Assembly (NCBI GenBank): GCA_963840595.1
Contig: CAWIZQ010000001.1
Coordinates: 15,093-79,092, forward strand
From: an uncultured Acidimicrobiaceae bacterium
GTDB lineage: Bacteria > Actinomycetota > Acidimicrobiia > Acidimicrobiales > RAAP-2
Length of the DNA stretch: 64,000 bases
Direction of reading: 5' to 3'
The notes below the pieces were generated by a model. The model ran no database searches and was not told the DNA's origin. It saw nothing but the letters and a program-made list of their open reading frames with translations. Positions 57,211-64,000 of this stretch are shown one piece after another (the stretch's first letter is position 1; the number at the start of each line of letters is the position of its first letter). Both the position numbers and the translations under genes were made by a program.

Positions 57211-58113
57211 CTAGAGGTGAAATGGCGCAAGCATTGACGGCGCGTGGGCGGCTGCGCCCAAGTAGGTGAGTCCCAGCAGCGATTCGGTGGTGCGCAGCAG
57301 TGAGTAGTGGCTCAGCGCGCTGGCCACCCGCACGCCCCGCGGAACAGACGGGGCGACCACGTACGTGGGAACGCGATTCGTCGCCCCGGTGTCGTTCTCG
57401 TCGAAGGTGATGAAGAGCACGAGGGACCCTGACTGATACTCCGGACTGGCAGTGATCGACGGCACGATCTGGGACAGCCACCGGTCGCCGATCGAGACGG
57501 GGCAGCTGTGCATGTCGTCACAGATGCTGGGCGTAATGAACGTGAACTTGGCGCTGAGATCCAGCGGGAGGTGCAGAGGGACGTCGTCGCGCGCACACGA
57601 CGGCAGCGACGTGTAGTACACGGCCGGATTGTGGCGCGCCGCGTACGAACCGCTGGTGACCTTGTCACAGTTTGAGGGCATCGATTGATCGAGCCCGCGC
57701 CAGTCGCCCTGCAACTGAGAAAAGATGCTCGGGCCGCCAAGTGGATGGACGCCGGGTTCGCCATCGTCGGTGATGCCGTGGGTCGACCCCGACGTGAGGG
57801 CGATGTAGTTGGGCAGGCTGGGATGAGAGATCGCGAGATAGTTCGTCGCGAGGCCGCATCGATTGGCCAGCGCGTTCAAGTAGGGCGCGCTCGGCGAACC
57901 GACGACGGAGTAGCCCTCGTTCTCCAGAAGAATCCACACGACGTGGGTGTAGGAGGGAGTCGTGGTCGTGACGCCGCACGGCTGGAGCGCAGAGATGGCG
58001 GGTGTGGCGGCCGCTGACGCGATGGGTGTGAGGAGACCCAGTGACGCCACGACGGCGCTGGCGATGAGGGCTTTCCAGTTCATCGTTCCAGTCTGGAGGA
58101 GCGACGTGACCAA
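57211..58113 (-). CDS. secreted phosphoesterase-family protein (acid phosphatase/phospholipase C-like)
   Basis: Signal peptide, then HVVWILLENEGY and HPSLPNYIALTSG, which are typical of the Phosphoesterase family. Confidence 0.7.
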   Translation of the reverse strand: MVTSLLQTGTMNWKALIASAVVASLGLLTPIASAAATPAISALQPCGVTTTTPSYTHVVWILLENEGYSVVGSPSAPYLNALANRCGLATNYLAISHPSLPNYIALTSGSTHGITDDGEPGVHPLGGPSIFSQLQGDWRGLDQSMPSNCDKVTSGSYAARHNPAVYYTSLPSCARDDVPLHLPLDLSAKFTFITPSICDDMHSCPVSIGDRWLSQIVPSITASPEYQSGSLVLFITFDENDTGATNRVPTYVVAPSVPRGVRVASALSHYSLLRTTESLLGLTYLGAAAHAPSMLAPFHL

Positions 58114-58146
58114 GAGAATTCACCCTCGCTCATCAGCCCGAGCGGC

Positions 58147-59301
58147 TCAGTCGCTGAGGCAACCCTGGGTCGAGACACTGCCACTCGAAGGCGTGCTCGC
58201 GATGTCGTGCTCGACCACGCTGAGGGGAATCGCGTAGGCCGTACTCAGTTGGCTGAGCGAATACGACTCCACGACACCGGCCACTTTGCCGTTCACCAGC
58301 ACCGGGCTGCCCGAGTTTCCCGGCTCGATATTGGCCTCGAGGGAGAGGATCGTGCGTGCGGCCAGATCCTGGTTGTAAAAGTTTCGACTATCCGCGGTGA
58401 TCTCGCCCTCGTAGTAGCCCTCGGTGCTCGTGCGTGACTCGTTGAGGGGAAAGCCCACGATCTGGATCTTGGCGTTGGTCGAGGGTTCGCCGGAGAGGAA
58501 CGTGAGCGGCGTGCCGCTGTGGCTCACGCGCAGGACGGCGATGTCGTTGTCGGGGTCGTAGAGCGCGACCGCGGCCGATGCGCCGTTGACGGTGAATTTC
58601 GTGTGTCCGGCCACGACGTGAGCGTTGGTGACGACGTCGCTGGCGGTGACGTAGAACGCCGTTCCCTCGCTTTCGTCGCTACACACACCGCTCGCAAGAA
58701 CCTTGACCACGTCACTCGGGCTGCTCAAGTGATTCACCGGTGGCGGCAGTGTCGAGGGCTTGACCGGCTGGGGCAGCGTGGGGGCGACGATGTCCGCGAA
58801 GATCGACGGCACCCCGGCCTTGCGGAACAACGATTGAATCTGTGACTCGACCGAGGGCACCGGAGGCATCACGTGATCGAGGGCCGAGAGGATCGCCGAG
58901 TTCTGGATGGCGCTGTCGACCGACGCTGCCGGGGCGGACGCCAAAAGGCCCGCCACGAGCCAACAGAACACCAGGGCGGCGGCGACACTCACCGCGACCC
59001 CCGCGATGCGGTCCACGATGCCGAGCATCAACACGCTGACCACCCGGCTGACTAAGCGCCCCAACATCCCCCCGACGACCGCGCCGAGCATGATGACTAC
59101 CAGCACGATGATCAGTGCGAGACCGGGGCGCCAGTGGCCCTTGGTGATGTCACCGGCCAGCGACGGTGCAATCAAGGTCCCGACGTAGAACCCCGCGCCG
59201 AGACCGATGAACATCGCGATCTGCGTGATGGCGCCGGCGGCGAAGCCTCGCAGGCCCGCCAGTATCACGAAGATGACGATGACGAGGTCGACCCAACTCA
59301 C
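58147..59301 (-). CDS. marP: CvpA-domain membrane protein fused to trypsin-like serine protease (MarP-like)
   Basis: N-terminal CvpA-like TM region (WVDLVIVIFVILAGLRGF). The S1 protease region has TNAHVV, DIAVL and GNSGSP as catalytic triad contexts. Confidence 0.8.
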   Translation of the reverse strand: MSWVDLVIVIFVILAGLRGFAAGAITQIAMFIGLGAGFYVGTLIAPSLAGDITKGHWRPGLALIIVLVVIMLGAVVGGMLGRLVSRVVSVLMLGIVDRIAGVAVSVAAALVFCWLVAGLLASAPAASVDSAIQNSAILSALDHVMPPVPSVESQIQSLFRKAGVPSIFADIVAPTLPQPVKPSTLPPPVNHLSSPSDVVKVLASGVCSDESEGTAFYVTASDVVTNAHVVAGHTKFTVNGASAAVALYDPDNDIAVLRVSHSGTPLTFLSGEPSTNAKIQIVGFPLNESRTSTEGYYEGEITADSRNFYNQDLAARTILSLEANIEPGNSGSPVLVNGKVAGVVESYSLSQLSTAYAIPLSVVEHDIASTPSSGSVSTQGCLSD

Positions 59302-59345
59302 AAGAACAAGGCTAAGCCGTTATCAGTAGTGCGCGGGATGTTGTT

Positions 59346-60122
59346 TTATTTCGGCTGCATGCGGATGCCCGCGTCGATGCGGATCGACGCAGCGTTCATG
59401 TAGCTGTTGGCGAGTAATTCGATCGCGAGGGACGCGAACTCCGACGCGTAGCCCAGGCGCTTGGGAAACAGCACACCGGTACCCAGACGCGCTTTGAACT
59501 CATCGGACGCCTCGCCCGTGCCGTAGATCGGGGTGTCGATGAGCCCGGGCAAGATGCAGTTGGCCCGTACGCCAATGACCGCGAGGTCGCGCGCCAGGGG
59601 CAAAGTGAGCCCCACGATGCCCCCCTTGGACGAGGAGTACGCGACCTGGCCGATCTGTCCGTCCTCGGCAGCCACTGAGGCGGTATTGACGATCGCGCCG
59701 CGACATCCGTCAACGTCGGGGGTGTTGTGACTCATGGCCGTCGCGGCCAAGCGGCACACGTCGAACGTGCCGATCAAGTTGATCTCGATGACCTTGCGAT
59801 AGATGTCCAGGTTGTGGGCGGAGGCGTACTCGCCGTCCTTGCCAATGGTGCGTTCGGGCCAGCCAATGCCGGCGCAGTTGACCGCGCTCCACAGAGGAGC
59901 CAGCGCCTTGGCCGCCTCGATGGCTTCGATGACCTGATCGGTGTTGGTCACGTCGCAGTGAACGTAGGCGCCGCCGATCTCGGTGGCGATTCGCGCTCCG
60001 GCGTCGTCGTTCAGGTCGGCGATAACGACCCTGACCTGGCGTCCGGCGAGGGCGCGGGCGGTGGCCTCACCGAGTCCTGAGGCGCCACCGGTGACGACGG
60101 CGGAGGTGTTGGCTAACTCCAC
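59346..60122 (-). CDS. short-chain dehydrogenase (3-hydroxyacyl-CoA dehydrogenase type II-like)
   Basis: TGGASGLG cofactor motif and a YSSSK catalytic motif. Confidence 0.85.
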   Translation of the reverse strand: MELANTSAVVTGGASGLGEATARALAGRQVRVVIADLNDDAGARIATEIGGAYVHCDVTNTDQVIEAIEAAKALAPLWSAVNCAGIGWPERTIGKDGEYASAHNLDIYRKVIEINLIGTFDVCRLAATAMSHNTPDVDGCRGAIVNTASVAAEDGQIGQVAYSSSKGGIVGLTLPLARDLAVIGVRANCILPGLIDTPIYGTGEASDEFKARLGTGVLFPKRLGYASEFASLAIELLANSYMNAASIRIDAGIRMQPK

Positions 60123-60408
60123 GATGCTCCTGTTCCGCTTCGCCCTCGCGAAGCCACCTTCGAGTCAAGCAGAGTTTGAATGGTGCGGGCAGTAGGAGAT
60201 GGCCACCGGTGGGGCCGATTATCGGCCCCACCGGCGCTGGATCCTTCTCGCGACGTCGAGGGGAGGGGATTCAACGTCGCGCCACGCTCAACGCCGCCTC
60301 ATAGTCAGCCGCGATCGCGCTGGGGACAGTCTGATCTCCGAATCCAAGGTTCTCCCATGGTCAGCTCAAGAGCCACGTAAGAGTTGGTATTTCCCATAAC
60401 GTGACGAA

Positions 60409-61449
60409 GTGCCGTCGATCTACCAGTACTCGAAGGACGAGTTGGCGGCGCTCCTCGAGGGCGAGCCGTCGTACCGCCTCGACCAGCTCTGGCATGGCCT
60501 GTGGAGCGAAGCGCTGCCGATCGAACAGATCACGACGATTCCCAAGTCGTTGCGCGCAGCCCTGGCTGAACAGTTCCCGAGCGCATTACGAGTGGTGAAC
60601 GACGTCGAGAGTGATCACGGAGCAACCCGCAAGTGGGTCTTTGCATTAGAGGATGGCGAAACGATCGAGACGGTGCTGATGCACTACGACGACCGAGTGA
60701 CGGTCTGTGTCTCCTCGCAAGCCGGATGTGCGATGGGCTGCACGTTCTGTGCGACCGGTCAGGCCGGCTACTCGGGCCAGTTGAGCGTGGGCCAGGTGAT
60801 CGAGCAAGTCATGTTTGCCACGCGTGCAGCGGCTCCGGCGCGACTGTCGAACGTCGTTTTTATGGGGATGGGCGAACCGCTGGCCAACTACGCCACGACC
60901 GTGGGTGTTGTGCGACGCCTCAACGAGTATCGCGGTCTCTCGGCGCGCCACCTCACCGTGTCGACCGTCGGCGTGGCGCCCGCCATCGAACGACTGGCCG
61001 ACGAGGGACTGGCGATCACCCTGGCAGTGTCGCTGCACGCCGCCAATGACGACACGCGCAACGAACTCGTCCCGCTCAATCGTCGCTACCCGCTCGCGCG
61101 ACTCCACGAGGCCTGTGCCACGTGGATTGAGCGCACCGGACGAAGAATCAGTTTCGAGTGGGCACTCATCGACGGCGTCAATGACACCGACGCCGCCGTG
61201 AGCGAACTCGCCGCCTACGCACTCTCCCTGGGTGCACACGTGAACCTCATCCCACTCAATCCCACCCCGGGATACCTGGTCCGCGGATCGACTGCGCAGC
61301 GAGTGCGCGAGTTTCGCGACGCGCTTCTCGCCCGTGGAGTGAACGCCACCGTGCGCAACACCCGAGGCCGCTCGATCGCGGCCGCCTGCGGTCAGTTGGC
61401 CACGGTCACCAAGAAGCAACGACGGTCCATACCGGTCACCGTGCGCTAG
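60409..61449 (+). CDS. rlmN: 23S rRNA/tRNA m2A methyltransferase RlmN (radical SAM)
   Basis: CAMGCTFCATG radical-SAM cluster motif, MGMGEPLAN, and a C-terminal catalytic Cys context IAAACGQL. Confidence 0.9.
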   Translation: MPSIYQYSKDELAALLEGEPSYRLDQLWHGLWSEALPIEQITTIPKSLRAALAEQFPSALRVVNDVESDHGATRKWVFALEDGETIETVLMHYDDRVTVCVSSQAGCAMGCTFCATGQAGYSGQLSVGQVIEQVMFATRAAAPARLSNVVFMGMGEPLANYATTVGVVRRLNEYRGLSARHLTVSTVGVAPAIERLADEGLAITLAVSLHAANDDTRNELVPLNRRYPLARLHEACATWIERTGRRISFEWALIDGVNDTDAAVSELAAYALSLGAHVNLIPLNPTPGYLVRGSTAQRVREFRDALLARGVNATVRNTRGRSIAAACGQLATVTKKQRRSIPVTVR

Positions 61450-62669
61450 CCAATGCGTTCGCGCCAGAACGTGGGGCGCCAGCGGATGAGGGCGAGTACC
61501 CCCAGCACGCACATGATCCCGCCCGAGACGATGGAGAACTCGGTCGAGGTGAAGTTGGCGACCGCCCCGGACTCCAGGTCACCGAGGCGCGGCCCTCCGG
61601 TCACCACCGCGTTTTGGATCGCGGAGAGTCGGCTGCGGTATTCGTCGGTGATGGAGGTCTGCAAGATGGTGTTGCGCAGCACCGTGGAGATCACGTCCAT
61701 CGCACCCGCCACACCGAGGCAGAGCACGCCGATCCAGAGCAGATGGATCAAACCGAAGAGGGCCATGGCCACTCCCCATGACAGCACGACGAGCACGACG
61801 AGTCGACCGCGACGCTGGATGCGATCCAGCCAGCCGGTGAAGATTGCCATGACGAGGGCGCCAATGCCGGGGGCGGCGTAGAGCAGGCCGAGGATCTCAG
61901 GTCCCCCGTGGTAGATGTGCTTGGTGACGGCCGGAAAGAGGGCACGCGGGAGACCAAAGACCATGGCGTTGAGGTCCACCAGGTACACCGCCTGGACGAC
62001 CGCGTTCTCGCGCACGTAGCGAAATCCCTGACCGATGGCCCGAAAGATCCTGGCGTCGGTGTGCACGACCGGCGGCTTCATCGGCGACATGAAGAACGTC
62101 GCCAGCACGAGCGCGAAGAACGTGATGCCGTCGATGAAAAAGCACCACGACACACTGGTCGTGGCGATGATCACCCCGGCGAGGCCGGGTCCGACCACCG
62201 TGGCGCCGTTCATGATGATCTGAAAGTTCGCGTAGGCGGCGGTCAGCTCCTCGGGCTTGACGAGGGTGGGGATGACGGCGGTACGAAGCGGCCCGGTGAG
62301 ACCCGAGAAAAAGGCCGCGAGTGCGGGCAACGTCACCAGAATGACGAAGTTGGGGTGGGTCTGGAGGGCGTTGAGGCCAAGGGCGAGACTGATGAGCCCG
62401 AGTAGTGACGTCGCGACCAAGATCAATGTGCGTCGATCGAACCGGTCGCCGAGTCCCCCACCCCACAGCGCACCCATGATGAGCAGCGGGAGTTGGATGA
62501 AGCTCACGACGCCCACCCACAGCGACGAGCCGGTGAGTTGGTACACCTCAAAGGCGACCGCGACGAGGGTCAAGTTACTGCCTAGTAGAGAGACCAGTTG
62601 GCCGATGAAGAGGAGGCGAAAGTCCTTGCTCGTACGTAGCGGCGTGATGTCAACGAGCAGCCGGGGCAC
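61446..62669 (-). CDS. MFS transporter (EntS/DUF894-like)
   Basis: 12 TM segments. The N-terminal FRLLFIGQLVSLLGSNLTLVAV is typical of this MFS subfamily. Confidence 0.8.
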   Translation of the reverse strand: MPRLLVDITPLRTSKDFRLLFIGQLVSLLGSNLTLVAVAFEVYQLTGSSLWVGVVSFIQLPLLIMGALWGGGLGDRFDRRTLILVATSLLGLISLALGLNALQTHPNFVILVTLPALAAFFSGLTGPLRTAVIPTLVKPEELTAAYANFQIIMNGATVVGPGLAGVIIATTSVSWCFFIDGITFFALVLATFFMSPMKPPVVHTDARIFRAIGQGFRYVRENAVVQAVYLVDLNAMVFGLPRALFPAVTKHIYHGGPEILGLLYAAPGIGALVMAIFTGWLDRIQRRGRLVVLVVLSWGVAMALFGLIHLLWIGVLCLGVAGAMDVISTVLRNTILQTSITDEYRSRLSAIQNAVVTGGPRLGDLESGAVANFTSTEFSIVSGGIMCVLGVLALIRWRPTFWRERIG

Positions 62670-62723
62670 CTATTAATGGTACGGGGATAAAGTAAAACGT
62701 CGGGGGTTGGCTAAGGAGTGGTG

Positions 62724-63788
62724 ATGATCGGCGAAGAACTGATCCAGTTAGTGACGCCTGAAGGCGAGCGGGTATCGAACCCGCAGTACGAGTCAACCTT
62801 GAGCGGCGAAGCGATCTTCAACATGTACCGCGACATGGTCATCATCCGCCGCCTCGATGCCGAATCCACCTCGCTCCAGCGCCAGGGCCAGCTCGCATTG
62901 TGGGCGCCGATCCAGGGTCAAGAGGCCGCCCAGATCGGCGCGGGCCGCGCCATGCAGCCCAACGACTTCAGTTTTCCCACCTACCGCGAGCATGGCATCG
63001 CCTGGTGCCGCGGAGTGCCTCCCGAAGACATGCTGCGTATGTTCCGGGCCACCTCCAATGGCGGCTGGGACGCTCAGAAGTACCACCACTCGGTGCCCAC
63101 GATCGTGCTGGGCAACCAGGTTCTGAACGCGGTGGGTTATGGCATGGGGATCCAGCGCGACGGTGCCGAAGACGCGGTCATGACGTTCTTCGGCGATGGC
63201 GCCTCGAGCCAGGGTGACGTGCTCGAGGCCTTCGTATGGGCCTCGTCCTTTAACGTGCCGATCGTCTTTTTTCTCCAGAACAACCAGTGGGGCATCTCGA
63301 CCCCCATGTCGATCCAGTCCAAGATTCCGCTATACCACCGGGCGCCCGGATTCGGATTTCCCGGCGTGCGGGTCGACGGCAACGACGTGGTCGCGGTCTA
63401 CGAGGTCACCAAGCGCGCGTTGGACACGGCGCGCTACGGCGGGGGGCCGACGTTGATCGAGGCCTACACCTACCGGCTCGGTGCGCACACCACGTCCGAT
63501 GACCCCACGCGTTATCGCATCGACGCCGAGGTCGAGGTGTGGAAGCACCGCGATCCGATCGAACGCGTGAAGGCGCTCCTCGTTCGCGAGTACTCCGTCA
63601 AGACGGCCCAGTTTGACGAAGTGACCGCCGAGGCCGATGAGAAGGCGCTGAAGTTGCGCGAGGACGTGCTGGCGATGGACCGGCCCGATCCGATCACTAT
63701 GTTCGATAACGCCTACTCCGAACCGCACCCCCTGATCGAAGAAGGGCGCCGCGAGATGATCGAACTCGGCGTGAGCGGAGGACACTGA
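62724..63788 (+). CDS. 2-oxoacid (pyruvate/branched-chain) dehydrogenase E1 alpha subunit
   Basis: ThDP-binding region [35 protein letters not shown]. The ATG at 62724 follows AAGGAG, and GTG alternatives lie at 62718 and 62721. Confidence 0.88.
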   Translation: MIGEELIQLVTPEGERVSNPQYESTLSGEAIFNMYRDMVIIRRLDAESTSLQRQGQLALWAPIQGQEAAQIGAGRAMQPNDFSFPTYREHGIAWCRGVPPEDMLRMFRATSNGGWDAQKYHHSVPTIVLGNQVLNAVGYGMGIQRDGAEDAVMTFFGDGASSQGDVLEAFVWASSFNVPIVFFLQNNQWGISTPMSIQSKIPLYHRAPGFGFPGVRVDGNDVVAVYEVTKRALDTARYGGGPTLIEAYTYRLGAHTTSDDPTRYRIDAEVEVWKHRDPIERVKALLVREYSVKTAQFDEVTAEADEKALKLREDVLAMDRPDPITMFDNAYSEPHPLIEEGRREMIELGVSGGH

Positions 63789-64000
63789 TGGCCACCACCT
63801 CAATGACGATGGCCAAGGCCCTCAACGAAGGACTGCGCAAGGCCTTGGAGAACAACAAGAAGGTCCTCATCATGGGCGAGGACGTCGGCAAACTCGGCGG
63901 CGTCTTTCGTATCACCGACGGCCTGCAGAAGGACTTCGGCGAGGACCGGGTGATCGACTCGCCGCTGGGCGAATCGGCCATCGTGGGCACGGCCGTGGGC
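63788..64000 (+). CDS. 2-oxoacid dehydrogenase E1 beta subunit, N-terminal part (runs off the window)
   Basis: ATG overlaps the E1-alpha TGA. The product begins [55 protein letters not shown]. Confidence 0.85.
   Translation, partial: MATTSMTMAKALNEGLRKALENNKKVLIMGEDVGKLGGVFRITDGLQKDFGEDRVIDSPLGESAIVGTAVG

Overview
This is a high-G+C, actinobacterial-type chromosome segment centred on the replication origin. On the minus strand, gyrA-gyrB-dciA(DUF721)-recF-dnaN-dnaA span about 27.4-36.1 kb. Diverging from them on the plus strand are rpmH-rnpA-yidD-yidC-jag-rsmG-[five parS]-parA-parB, about 36.3-41.6 kb.

The left arm carries the fhaA-fhaB-pstP-pknB-crgA Ser/Thr signalling cluster and three tRNAs (Ala-TGC, Ile-GAT, Leu-CAG). 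It also has heme A and cytochrome oxidase assembly genes, an ABC-2 exporter, lepB, an ECF sigma pair and a PspC/LiaFSR-like module. The right arm carries cwlM-like/trxA/trxB/degV/murJ/DUF6049-like genes, a CCA-adding enzyme, ino1-padR, panB and rpsF-ssb-rpsR-rplI-dnaB. It ends with a MarP-like protease, rlmN and a 2-oxoacid dehydrogenase E1.

Gene order parallels the Mycobacterium tuberculosis oriC neighbourhood as I recall it, so almost everything here is core genome. I saw no CRISPR array, IS element, integrase or prophage.

The only clearly foreign-looking part is a low-G+C islet of about 1.4 kb directly abutting the 3' end of tRNA-Ile (5679-7060). It holds one gene that fuses a winged HTH, a GHKL/anti-sigma-kinase-like ATPase and a STAS-like (DUF4325-type) domain. 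Upstream of that gene is an AT-rich region with iterated TTACTCRAA repeats and a 17-bp inverted repeat. This is my best candidate for an undescribed single-gene system (defence or a self-contained partner-switching module), but its function is inference only.

Other points worth a second look:
- trxA and the cwlM-like ORF are in the same frame, separated by a single TAG, and no canonical start codon precedes the first PG-binding domain.
- PknB and PstP both end in poly-Thr tails.
- Five parS sites are clustered upstream of parA.
- DnaA-box-like motifs occur outside oriC.
- S18 has a long C-terminal extension.

All start codons were chosen by eye. No similarity searches or statistics were run.
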